NCBI GenBank assembly: GCA_049509455.1
Contig: JBEKZX010000006.1
Span: 1-55,266 of the forward strand
Origin: Conexivisphaerales archaeon
Lineage (GTDB): Archaea; Thermoproteota; Nitrososphaeria; Conexivisphaerales; DTJL01
Direction: 5' to 3'
Length of the DNA stretch: 55,266 bases
How positions within the stretch are numbered: position 1 is the stretch's first letter; every line of letters starts with the position of its first letter. A program made the translations under genes and the position numbers. Shown one piece after another: positions 1-9,049 of this stretch. A model generated the notes under the pieces. The model ran no database searches. It had not been told where the DNA came from and saw only the letters and a list, made by a program, of their open reading frames with translations.

Positions 1-40
1 AAGGCATATTCTGCATCAAGGCGGTCTTGCAGCTTTGGGT

Positions 41-1015
41 ATGCGAGGGATTTACGTCGGCGGAGCCCTCGTTATCGTCCTAGTGGCCGTCTACGCCATA
101 ACATCTTACGTACCCATTCAGACCCTGCCATCGTACACGATCGAAGATCCGACGATTATTGGAGGCGTAGCCTCCATCACCTATCCCCCCAATTACGAGG
201 AGCTGGCTCAGTACGTGCTGGGCCTCATCAACCAAGACCGGTCAAGCTTGGGTTTTCAGGCGGTCAGCATGAGCGTCGTCCCTTCCGGGCAGCAGCATGC
301 GAATTCGATGCTGTTCTTCGGATACTTCAGCCACTGGGACACCCAGGGCCTGAAGCCTTACATGCGATACAGTCTGCTGAACGGAACGGGGGCGGTCTTC
401 GAAAACGTCGCCTGGCAAGCCCAAAGCCCTTCTCGCTACGCCAGCCTCAACGACCTGAAGTCGGCGCTTGTTGAGATGAACGTGCAGATGATGTACGATG
501 ATTCCTCCTTCAACTGGGAGCACAGGAGCAACATACTTGATCCCAACCACGGCAGCGTCTCCCTAGGCATATCGTACGATGAACACAACATATACCTGGT
601 GGAGGACTTCGAGAACACCTTCGTTAACCTCACTGGTCCTCTGGGGTTGTCCGACGATGTCCTCCGGATAGAGGGGACGACTCCTTCCACACTCTACGTG
701 ACGGTGGCGGCCGTCTACATGGACGCCACGCCCGCCAATATCAGCGTTAGCGCTCTGCGCCAGGACCCTCAATACACGGCCTCCTATGACCTGGGCACAG
801 AAATCGGAATCGTCCTGCCGCCTTCCGATTACGGGATAACGGGCCCGCCTGGGACCCTATCTGCAAATGCCTTGACCTGGCAGACGGGACCGGGCCTGGT
901 GAACCTGTCCCTGCCCATGGAGCCATTCATCGCTTCTTTCGGCAAGGGGGTCTACACCGTCTACCTGCTGCGGTCGGATGGAGAGGCCATCCTCAGCTAC
1001 ACCTTTTTCGTGTAG
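41..1015 (+). CDS. CAP (SCP-like) domain surface protein with N-terminal membrane anchor
   Basis: N-terminal hydrophobic helix; CAP motifs LINQDR, QQHANSM, YFSHWD, ENVA, HRSNILDP. ATG at 41 (ORF track starts at TTG 35). Confidence 0.8.
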   Translation: MRGIYVGGALVIVLVAVYAITSYVPIQTLPSYTIEDPTIIGGVASITYPPNYEELAQYVLGLINQDRSSLGFQAVSMSVVPSGQQHANSMLFFGYFSHWDTQGLKPYMRYSLLNGTGAVFENVAWQAQSPSRYASLNDLKSALVEMNVQMMYDDSSFNWEHRSNILDPNHGSVSLGISYDEHNIYLVEDFENTFVNLTGPLGLSDDVLRIEGTTPSTLYVTVAAVYMDATPANISVSALRQDPQYTASYDLGTEIGIVLPPSDYGITGPPGTLSANALTWQTGPGLVNLSLPMEPFIASFGKGVYTVYLLRSDGEAILSYTFFV

Positions 1016-1067
1016 GGAATCCCGCTCGCCGAAAAGAGCCATGGTTTCAAAGTGATGGGGCAGGGAA

Positions 1068-1631
1068 TCAGGCGGTCTCCTTCGTCGCGTCTTCCATGGC
1101 CTTCCTGAAGACGGCCTCCCTCCGCTCGACGATCCTGTAGTAGTAGAACATCACCAGACCGGCGAAAACGAGGGTCGTACCCCAGTATATGCCGAGGCTG
1201 GCCTGGTAGTACTGAACCCAGTCCCCTCTCACCGAGACACTGTAGGTGGAATTGTATGATGTAATCATCAGGACGAAAGGGTTGAAGTACTTGACGGGTA
1301 TCGTTACGTTTGCGGTGGGGACGGTTTGGTCCAGCGTTATCAGATACGCGTCAGGGAGGTTGCCCGAAGGATCCTGTTGCACGATTTGTAGGGTAACCGT
1401 TCCCGAACCGCCCTCAGAGGCCTGTACGTTCAGTGACTGTCCTGCCGTTATTGGAGGGGTTTCTTCCAAGTCGGTCCAGGAGCTCAGAGCCTGCGTTTCG
1501 TTCGAGCCGATCCCCGGCCCCGTCTTGAAGATGGTCCCGGGCACTTGAATCATTGGAACGAAGACGCCGACAAGGACCAGCGCGACCCCCAAGAGCAGTG
1601 TCACCTGCCAAGCTAGTTTGAAACGATTCAT
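1068..1631 (-). CDS. hypothetical membrane protein (N- and C-terminal TM helices around an extracellular beta-rich domain)
   Basis: 187-aa ORF, ATG start, two hydrophobic segments, charged C-terminal tail; fills the gap between neighbours. Confidence 0.7.
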   Translation of the reverse strand: MNRFKLAWQVTLLLGVALVLVGVFVPMIQVPGTIFKTGPGIGSNETQALSSWTDLEETPPITAGQSLNVQASEGGSGTVTLQIVQQDPSGNLPDAYLITLDQTVPTANVTIPVKYFNPFVLMITSYNSTYSVSVRGDWVQYYQASLGIYWGTTLVFAGLVMFYYYRIVERREAVFRKAMEDATKETA

Positions 1632-1669
1632 GCGTCAGACATCTTTGCCCTTCGATTTTAAGCTTGGGG

Positions 1670-2599
1670 CTAGAATCCCTCGATCTCGTTCCTTATTCCG
1701 CCCGGTGCGAAGACGAAGTCGGCGACGACATAGTTGTCGAGGATGGAATAGCTGGAGCCGTCAGGATAAAGGTTCCTCACATCGTCGAAACGCGCCTTCG
1801 AAACCCTGAGGTCTTCGAAGCCAAAGGCGTACTTCCCGTCGTAATTGCCCCCGGAGTAGTACACGATCTTCGAGCCCATCGTGAAGTTCTGAAGCTGCGT
1901 GGAGAAGGAGACGTAATAGAACGCAAGGAAGTCGGACCCCCCGCCCGTAGAGGCATAGACCGCGGCCTGGACGGTCCTGTTTTCAAATAGGCCCGGGCTT
2001 CCATCGAGCGAGAAGTCCATGGCCTTCTTTATGTCTCCTAGGGGGTCGGCCGATCCCTGGGTGTAGACGATGAAGCCGTTCTCGAAGAAAAGGTATCCCA
2101 GGGTAAGGGAGTTGTTAACGACGTTGTGGTTCAGCACCCTGTAGATCGTACTGGACCTGTAGTTCTCCTTGATCACGAGGTCGTTGGAGTTGAGCTGGTT
2201 GAGGACGGAGCTGTATGCGATGGCGGTGGGCTGGAAGATGTCCACCTCTGTGCCGTTCTCGGTGATCGAGGGGGCGGGGAGGTCATAGGTCGCAACCATC
2301 GACACGTTTCCGGGCGTCAGCGCGAGGCTCGCCTGGTAGACGTTCAGGAAGGTGGCTCCGACATCGGAATAGCTTAGTCCGGTGGCCACGAGCTGGGCGA
2401 CCTTTATCTCTCCCGCGCTCACGGCATTGGGTGGCACGAAGCTCATCCAGGGCTCAAGAGTCACGTTGTAATTCGTAGGGAAATGGTACACCGAAGGACC
2501 TGACAGGTAAGGTAATCCTAGTGTGATTGCTATCAAAGCCACCATTACAACGCTGAAACTGATAAGAAAGGGCCTCTTGGAGCCGTTCTTCTTCGGCAT
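1670..2599 (-). CDS. hypothetical membrane-anchored secreted protein
   Basis: 309-aa ORF; basic N-terminus + hydrophobic helix; several N-x-S/T sequons. Confidence 0.7.
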   Translation of the reverse strand: MPKKNGSKRPFLISFSVVMVALIAITLGLPYLSGPSVYHFPTNYNVTLEPWMSFVPPNAVSAGEIKVAQLVATGLSYSDVGATFLNVYQASLALTPGNVSMVATYDLPAPSITENGTEVDIFQPTAIAYSSVLNQLNSNDLVIKENYRSSTIYRVLNHNVVNNSLTLGYLFFENGFIVYTQGSADPLGDIKKAMDFSLDGSPGLFENRTVQAAVYASTGGGSDFLAFYYVSFSTQLQNFTMGSKIVYYSGGNYDGKYAFGFEDLRVSKARFDDVRNLYPDGSSYSILDNYVVADFVFAPGGIRNEIEGF

Positions 2600-2680
2600 C
2601 TAGAGTAGCTCCCGGGCGCGCACGTTCTAAAATCTTTTGATTGGAACGATTAAAATAGCTGCCGTATCAGATGATTTCCG

Positions 2681-3037
2681 ATGCGGCTGGTCAGCCTAAT
2701 CCTCCTCAAATCCCTCAAATACTTCCTCATCATCGTCGCTTTTGACGCGATCCTCGGGTTCGGATTGTACCTGTACACCGGCTTCGACATCGCGGCAGGC
2801 ATTCTGAGCGACATCTTGATCTTGGAGGTCGCCTTCCTCTTCATCTTCGGTGGGCTTCTGGACTTCTCACAGGCCCAGACTACGGTGAGTTTCCGGAGGC
2901 TCCTGGGCGACCCGGACTCGGAGTACTCAGCGGACAAGCACCGAGAGGCGCAGGTGAGGGGAGCGATGCTCGTCCTGACGGGTGTATGGGTCATCTTGTT
3001 GGCCGTGGCTCTGTCCCTCGTCCTGCTCTCCCCATAG
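2681..3037 (+). CDS. small hypothetical membrane protein (about 3 TM)
   Basis: 118-aa ORF, ATG start, three hydrophobic stretches; divergent from 1670..2599. Confidence 0.65.
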   Translation: MRLVSLILLKSLKYFLIIVAFDAILGFGLYLYTGFDIAAGILSDILILEVAFLFIFGGLLDFSQAQTTVSFRRLLGDPDSEYSADKHREAQVRGAMLVLTGVWVILLAVALSLVLLSP

Positions 3038-3093
3038 CTCGCGTTGGGCTCCATTCGAAAAAATATAAAATGTGACTTTCTGAATGCAGTTCT

Positions 3094-5556
3094 TTATTGG
3101 GGTTTGCGTCTGCTTAACAACAGCGCGAGGATTAGTGCGATGATGGCTATCAGGATGGCTCCGTACGCAACGTATGAGGCCGTGTTGAAATCGGACTGCA
3201 GCGAATTCACCTTTGAAGTCAATGTGTTGAGCTCGTTGGTTACCGTGGTCGAGAAGGTGGAGAGAGAGTTCGACAGCGCCGTCACTTGGCTTGACTGGGC
3301 ATATGGAGTCAGTGCGTCCGTCAGCGCCTGACTGAGCGTTATTATGGTCTCGTTGAAGACGGGGCTGGTATCCGTGCCTTTCCCGGGCCAGTTCAGCCAT
3401 TGCAGGTAGACGGTGCCCGGTTGCGTAGGCGTGAACCAAACCGCGTAGACCCCGCCCGCACCTGTTGTCGTTTCAGCCACATCGGTCCAGGTGCCTGTTC
3501 CGGTCGAGGCGCTATAGTCATAGCTCGCTTGCAGTGTTATGAGGCTGCCATTGATGGTCGCTCCTGAGGTCGGGTCCGTCAACACTCCTGATACTTCAAC
3601 CGGATTTCCGGCTACCAAGTATGTCTGCGCCACTATCGCTGGCGGTGTTGGTGGAATGACCGCTGATCCTCCTGAGTAGCCTGCCAGGGCTAGTTCAGCG
3701 ACGGCCTTTGTCGGGTCATAGGGGTCCATTTGTAGGTTGGGGTTGAACCAGAAGCCGTAGGCTGGAGCCCAAGGCGTGATGCCAGGGGTACCGAGTCCGT
3801 TCAACAGGCTGGTCACGATCAGTTGCCTGGGCACCAAGTAGCTGATGGCCTTCCTGACTGCCGCAGCAGCGGCGGCCGTTCCCGCAGGTGTACCAGTTCC
3901 AGTTCCCCAGATGGGGTTCATGAGGTTGAAGCCCATTTCCTGGTAGCCCAGTTCTGGTCCCATGATAACGTTGGCGCCGATGCCCTGCAGTGTGGAGACA
4001 TATGAGTTCAGGGCGTAGTTGGTGTCCAACTGATTGACTTCTCCCGATTTGTAAGCAGCTACGGCAGCGTCCGCACCCGAAATCCAGACGACGTTGTAGT
4101 TCTTGACGGTGAATTGCCCGATGTTCTCGAGGCCCGTGGCGTTCCAGTAGCCCTCCCACGCAACTTCGTTCGCGGTGTTGCTCGTAAAGTCGTAGTTCGT
4201 AAGTACGTAGGGGCCATTGCCGAACGGACCCACGAAGTGACAACTGCCGTTGCCACCGTACACTGTCTTATCCCAAGTCTCCGTGTATCCAGTGGCCTCG
4301 ACATAAGGCAGCGAGTTCCAAGTGCTGATCGCGAATTGCTCGAAGTAGTGCTTTGGCAGTGGGGATATGGTCATCCACGTCATGTTCATGAACGCGTAGA
4401 CTGCCGGTACGTCGAGTGAGAATGTGTTCTTGTCTATCGCCGTGACATACCACGTGGCCGGGGCCTGTCCCGCCGGGGTCTGGTCGTCAGTTACCGTCGT
4501 TCCGTTGAGATAGGTGAACTCGCCCTTCGTTCCTAGCTGGGCTAGCATGGTTCCCTGACCTACGTAACCACCGTTGGGGTCGAACAGCGACTGGAACGTG
4601 AAGACGTAATCATCTGAAGTCACGGGGACTCCGTCCTGGAAGTTGTTGGGTTTGAAGTTGACGGTCCAGTTGAGGCCGTCAGGTGTAGAGCTGATGGAGT
4701 TTGCGAGGGCTAGATAGTACGAGCTGGTGATTGAGTTCAACTCTTGCAGGCCCTCGAATACCGGAGCGTAGATGAAGAGGGCGTAGAATGAGTTGCTCGT
4801 GGTGGTCGGTAGAGGGTTGAGATTGTTGTCGGGGAAGACGTTGCCCGCCTCAGCAAAGTTAAGGGTGCTCTTGCCGGACATGTGCTGCACATCGCTGGGG
4901 AACCCGACATTGTTAAAGACAGTATTGTTTCCATAAACCGCTAATGCCGGATCCCTAGCTATGATCCACTCGTTGTAGTAGATAGTGATCTGTGGAGTGT
5001 CCTGAAGTATCTGGGCTTGCAGGTTCCATATATCCTGCTGCTGCAGGGTCATGTTGGCGGTGCTGTAGACGCCGTGCATCAATGCGTTGGCTGCCGAGCT
5101 GTTGTAGAAGTAGTAGTTGTTCCCGGCCGGCGCCCAATCGCTGTAGTCACCCAGGAAGTTACTGAACGAAGAGTCAGGCGAGAGGCCCGTGGCACCCCAC
5201 CCGATGAAACCGGCGTCGTATCCTCCGTGGGCGAAGTCCGTTCCGGTTTGGGCCCAGTTGATGGAGCCATCGGCATTGTAAGCGCCCAAGAAGAACATCC
5301 TGGTGTCAAGTTCGCTGAAGGTGACATAGAACACCTTCGCATCGATGCCTACGCTCGCCAATGAGCCAGCGATGATGGAGGCATACTGCCTCCTCGCTGC
5401 GTTCGACGTAGGGGCGATCAACGTGATGCTGAAGTACGCTGTGCTCTGTGCATAAGCCGAAGTACTCGCGACACCGGCAATCGAGCTGAAAAGAGTGATG
5501 TAAATAGCGAGAGCTATCGCAGCTCCCAATAAGATTTGTCTATTCTGCGAAGTCAT
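3094..5556 (-). CDS. oppA: peptide/nickel ABC transporter substrate-binding protein (family 5), circularly permuted, with Ig-like domain, coiled-coil stalk and C-terminal TM anchor
   Basis: Family-5 motifs DGLNWTVNFK..FQDGVPVTSDDYVFTF, GNGPYVL, VRKAISYLVPR, YDPTKAVAELALAGY; signal peptide; C-terminal TM + RRK. oppBCDF lie nearby on the same strand. Confidence 0.85.
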   Translation of the reverse strand: MTSQNRQILLGAAIALAIYITLFSSIAGVASTSAYAQSTAYFSITLIAPTSNAARRQYASIIAGSLASVGIDAKVFYVTFSELDTRMFFLGAYNADGSINWAQTGTDFAHGGYDAGFIGWGATGLSPDSSFSNFLGDYSDWAPAGNNYYFYNSSAANALMHGVYSTANMTLQQQDIWNLQAQILQDTPQITIYYNEWIIARDPALAVYGNNTVFNNVGFPSDVQHMSGKSTLNFAEAGNVFPDNNLNPLPTTTSNSFYALFIYAPVFEGLQELNSITSSYYLALANSISSTPDGLNWTVNFKPNNFQDGVPVTSDDYVFTFQSLFDPNGGYVGQGTMLAQLGTKGEFTYLNGTTVTDDQTPAGQAPATWYVTAIDKNTFSLDVPAVYAFMNMTWMTISPLPKHYFEQFAISTWNSLPYVEATGYTETWDKTVYGGNGSCHFVGPFGNGPYVLTNYDFTSNTANEVAWEGYWNATGLENIGQFTVKNYNVVWISGADAAVAAYKSGEVNQLDTNYALNSYVSTLQGIGANVIMGPELGYQEMGFNLMNPIWGTGTGTPAGTAAAAAAVRKAISYLVPRQLIVTSLLNGLGTPGITPWAPAYGFWFNPNLQMDPYDPTKAVAELALAGYSGGSAVIPPTPPAIVAQTYLVAGNPVEVSGVLTDPTSGATINGSLITLQASYDYSASTGTGTWTDVAETTTGAGGVYAVWFTPTQPGTVYLQWLNWPGKGTDTSPVFNETIITLSQALTDALTPYAQSSQVTALSNSLSTFSTTVTNELNTLTSKVNSLQSDFNTASYVAYGAILIAIIALILALLLSRRKPQ

Positions 5557-5586
5557 ATTCGTCGTGAAACCAGACTCCCATAATGC

Positions 5587-5600
5587 TATTTATACTTTGC
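5587..5600 (-). promoter_or_regulatory. archaeal BRE/TATA promoter of the solute-binding protein gene
   Basis: Minus strand reads GCAAAG-TATAAATA, about 30 nt upstream of ATG 5556. Confidence 0.6.
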
Positions 5601-5713
5601 GAACACGGATATTTTGTCTTCTGTTAACTGGCAGGCACCAGCGTGAGGTGCAGAATAGATGAAATATCCACGCAAAAACTGCAAATTCCATCACCGTATC
5701 CTATGTCCTGTGC

Positions 5714-6412
5714 TTAAAGCACCTTCTGGACAGGAACGTGCCGCGGTAGCCCTCTCGGAGTCTCTGAGGGGTTGCCTAACTCCAGAAGTTGCGCCCGACA
5801 CCCGCGGGCACCGGCCAGAAAATCCAAAAGGCCGTCGGCCGGCACAATCGGAACGCCCTCCACGGAAAGCAAGCCCGTCCGCGAAAGCACCAAGAGAGCA
5901 GGAAGAATCTCCTTAAGACCGGGGATCCTGCGAGATTCGAGCAGAAGCTGGACCCTTTCCTTCTGCATCATTGCCGCCGGGCGAAGTCGACTGAGAACGT
6001 CACGACGCCAGTGCTTGCAGTCTATAGCGATGCCAAACCCGCTGAGGATGCCGACTACGTCTATCTCCCTTCTAGGCGCTTTCAAACGGTAGTTCATCCT
6101 GACGTCGTATCCGCAGGCCTCCAACGCGGAACCCGCGAACACTTCAAACTCCCTCCAGCTGAGGGCGCCCCCCAACTCATGCATTGAGGCGCCCTTCCCC
6201 CTGAGGTATATGGCTAACCTTACCTTCCCTCCCGGTGGAAGAGTCAGGCTGCCCGTCTCGAAACCCACAAGCCCGATGGAACTCAGCTCCTCTGTGATCC
6301 CGTATAGCGCTTCCGGACCAACAAGCATGGCTTTCGAAATCTCCTCCACTTCATTCCGCCCCTCCTTCATGTAGCGCAAAAGGTCCAGCATCGATGAGAG
6401 ACTCGCAGGCAT
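5714..6412 (-). CDS. Mrr-like/NERD-like PD-(D/E)XK endonuclease with N-terminal winged-helix-like region
   Basis: WREFEVF..., EIDVVG...IDCKHW catalytic pattern; GGAGGG before ATG 6412 (ORF track extends to GTG 6427). Confidence 0.75.
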   Translation of the reverse strand: MPASLSSMLDLLRYMKEGRNEVEEISKAMLVGPEALYGITEELSSIGLVGFETGSLTLPPGGKVRLAIYLRGKGASMHELGGALSWREFEVFAGSALEACGYDVRMNYRLKAPRREIDVVGILSGFGIAIDCKHWRRDVLSRLRPAAMMQKERVQLLLESRRIPGLKEILPALLVLSRTGLLSVEGVPIVPADGLLDFLAGARGCRAQLLELGNPSETPRGLPRHVPVQKVL

Positions 6413-6622
6413 CCCTCCCTGAACCACCTGCCTGAGCGCCTATTTTAGGATGCTCGGCAGAGGGAAACCCCTGAAGGAACGATTTCCAGTTGAAATGCCC
6501 ATTCTTCTGAAGAAGACTGAGGCTTTCGGGTCACTATTGCAGATAATCGTAGTGAAAGCCAACCAGTAACGACTAGTCCAGAGAAGGCTTAAATGCAACA
6601 TCTCATAACTACAAGAGTGTTA

Positions 6623-6970
6623 ATGTCGCAGTTCGGGCGCTATGCGAGGACCACTACTTGCAGAGAGAAGATGTGGGAAATCCTCAGGCATGACGATGAA
6701 TGGGCGAGCGCCCCGTTCACGATGAGGGAGTTCTGCGATCGGCACAGGGGCGACTTGGAAACGGCTCTGAGCGCCTTGGGCACCAGCTCCAGCGTCGAAA
6801 GCATGGTCAGAGCCGCCCTCCAGAGCCTCAACAAGAAGGGCCTTGTCCAAGCAACGAGGACGTGGGGAGGCACCACCTACTCGAAGAACGTCTACATGAT
6901 CCATCAATCTTTGATTCCCCTCAACTACGGGAGGGCTCTGGTTCAGGCGCAGCGCCTGCGCCTTCTGTAA
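6623..6970 (+). CDS. small winged-helix-like hypothetical protein
   Basis: FTMREF...VRAALQSLNKKGLV..TWGGTTY fits a wHTH recognition helix + wing. TTAAAT at 6588-6593 favours ATG 6623 over 6593. Confidence 0.55.
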   Translation: MSQFGRYARTTTCREKMWEILRHDDEWASAPFTMREFCDRHRGDLETALSALGTSSSVESMVRAALQSLNKKGLVQATRTWGGTTYSKNVYMIHQSLIPLNYGRALVQAQRLRLL

Positions 6971-7057
6971 ACGTCGGGCGGTCGTCAGGGCTCGGGTTAG
7001 TTCACACTCCCAGCCCTCTGGCTTCGCTAAGCGGAACCTCCAATCGTGGACGGCGTC

Positions 7058-8056
7058 CTAGGCGAAATCCTTCCAGAAATGACACGAGACCCAATGACCA
7101 TAGCCTGCGTCTGTCCATGCGGGCTTCTCCGCCTTGCAGATGTCCTTGGCGTACGGGCACCTCGGATGGAAACGGCAGGCCGGAGGTGGGTTGATGGGGC
7201 TGGGGACTTCGCCCGGGAGGATGATCCTCTGGACCTTCGTGTCGGGGTCGGGTATGGGTATGGCGGACATCAGCGCTTGAGTGTACGGGTGAAGCGGCTT
7301 GCCGAAGACCCTCTCTGTATCGCCCAGTTCCACAAATTCGCCCAAGTACATTACAGCGACGCGATGGCTAATCTGCCGCACAGAACTCAGATCATGCGAG
7401 ATGTAAAGATATGACAGCTGCACCTTGTTCTGAAGGTCGATCATAAGGTTGAGGATCTGTGCCCTGATGGAAACGTCCAGGGAAGACACCGGCTCATCGG
7501 CGACCACCAGCTTCGGCTCGACGGCGAGGGCCCTGGCTATGCTGACCCTCTGCCTCTGGCCGCCGCTGAATTCATGGGGATACCTTTCCGCATGGTAGGC
7601 TTCGAGACCCACCATCTCCAGGAGCCGGTAGACGCGTTCCGTCCATTCGGCCTTGGGAACATGTTTTTGGATAACGAACGGCTCCGAGAGGATGTCGTAA
7701 ACGGTCATCCTTGGATCCAAGGATAGATAGGGGTTCTGGAAAACCAGCTGCATGCTCCTGCGTAGCTTGAACCGGTCAGCCTTCTTGCCCTTGCGGAAGG
7801 TCTCAAAGACGTCCAAGCCGTCAAATATGACCTTGCCGCTGGTCGGAGGCTCCAAGTCGAGGACGACCTTGGCCGTCGTCGTCTTGCCACAACCGCTTTC
7901 GCCCACCAGAGCCAAGGTCTCACCCTTGCCTACAACAAAGTCAACATGATCCACTGCATGGACATCGCCTACCTTCTTCCTGGATACGACGCCTCGCGTG
8001 TAGACTTCGAAGTACTTCACCAGGTCCTGAACCTCCAACAGTGTGCTATATCCCAT
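7058..8056 (-). CDS. oppF: oligopeptide ABC transporter ATP-binding protein
   Basis: GESGCGKT, FSGGQRQR, VVADEP, HPYTQAL and C-terminal CRFHPRCP...CH oligo_HPY domain. Confidence 0.95.
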   Translation of the reverse strand: MGYSTLLEVQDLVKYFEVYTRGVVSRKKVGDVHAVDHVDFVVGKGETLALVGESGCGKTTTAKVVLDLEPPTSGKVIFDGLDVFETFRKGKKADRFKLRRSMQLVFQNPYLSLDPRMTVYDILSEPFVIQKHVPKAEWTERVYRLLEMVGLEAYHAERYPHEFSGGQRQRVSIARALAVEPKLVVADEPVSSLDVSIRAQILNLMIDLQNKVQLSYLYISHDLSSVRQISHRVAVMYLGEFVELGDTERVFGKPLHPYTQALMSAIPIPDPDTKVQRIILPGEVPSPINPPPACRFHPRCPYAKDICKAEKPAWTDAGYGHWVSCHFWKDFA

Positions 8057-9049
8057 CTAGAGCGACCCCTTGAGCTGGAGCTCCTTCCACCGGTGGCAGG
8101 CGACGCTGTGGTCGGGCGTGACGGCCTCCAAGACGGGGACCTTTTCTTTGCAGACCTCTATCGCGTAGGGACAGCGCGGGTGGAACCGACACCCGCTGGG
8201 CGGCTCGATTAGGTTGGGTATGTTTCCAGGCACAGACACCAAGACCTTCTTCTTGTCAAGGCGCGGGACGGCCTTGAGCAGGGCCTCGGTGTATGGATGC
8301 TTAGGGCCGTTGAAGAGGTCCCACGTGTTGGCGGTCTCGTAGACCTGGCCCGCATACAGCACGGTGACCCGTTGAGTCATCTCGGCGATGATGCCCATGT
8401 CATGCGTGATCACCACGAGCGTCATCCCGAAGTCCTTTTTCAAAGTCTTCATGAGCTCCAGGACTTGCGCCTGTATGGTGACGTCGAGGTTCGTGGTAGG
8501 CTCGTCGGCGAAAAGCAGGGAGGGCTCGCATGACAGGGCTCTTGCGATGGCGATTCTCTGCTTCATTCCGCCGCTGAGCTCGAAAGGATATGCGTCAAGC
8601 CGTTTCTCCGCTTCCGGGATGCCTACAAGCTCCAGAATCTTCCTGGCCTCGTCTCTCGCTGCTGCCTTGTCAAGGCCCTTGTGCAGCCTAATCACTTCAG
8701 TGAGCTGGTGCTCTATCGTGTAGAGCGGATTGAGGCTGGACATCGGATCCTGGAAGACGATGGCCATCCGCTTCCCCCTGAGCTTCCTCACCTCCTTCTC
8801 TTCCAGACTCAACACGTCTATGTTGTCGAAGGTGATCTTGCCGCCGACAATCCTACCCGGGCGCGGGACTATCCTCAGCGTGCTTAGCGCCGTGACGCTC
8901 TTGCCTGAGCCCGACTCGCCCACCAACCCGTGGGTCCCCCCCCTCTGCACTTGTATGGAAACCCCATCGACGGCTTTGACGACGCCCGCCTCCGTGAAGA
9001 AGTATGTCTTCAGGTCCTGGATGTCCAGTATATTATCCAAGGAGCTCAC
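8057..9049 (-). CDS. oppD: oligopeptide ABC transporter ATP-binding protein
   Basis: GESGSGKS, LSGGMKQR, ADEPTTNLD, HPYTEAL, CRFHPRCP; abuts oppF and overlaps oppC. Confidence 0.95.
   Translation of the reverse strand: MSSLDNILDIQDLKTYFFTEAGVVKAVDGVSIQVQRGGTHGLVGESGSGKSVTALSTLRIVPRPGRIVGGKITFDNIDVLSLEEKEVRKLRGKRMAIVFQDPMSSLNPLYTIEHQLTEVIRLHKGLDKAAARDEARKILELVGIPEAEKRLDAYPFELSGGMKQRIAIARALSCEPSLLFADEPTTNLDVTIQAQVLELMKTLKKDFGMTLVVITHDMGIIAEMTQRVTVLYAGQVYETANTWDLFNGPKHPYTEALLKAVPRLDKKKVLVSVPGNIPNLIEPPSGCRFHPRCPYAIEVCKEKVPVLEAVTPDHSVACHRWKELQLKGSL

Noticed and set aside
3094-5556. Horizontal acquisition of the binding-protein gene, suggested by apparently lower GC
   Set aside because: I could not quantify it, and an Asn/Thr/Tyr-rich composition could explain it; no mobility signatures flank the gene.
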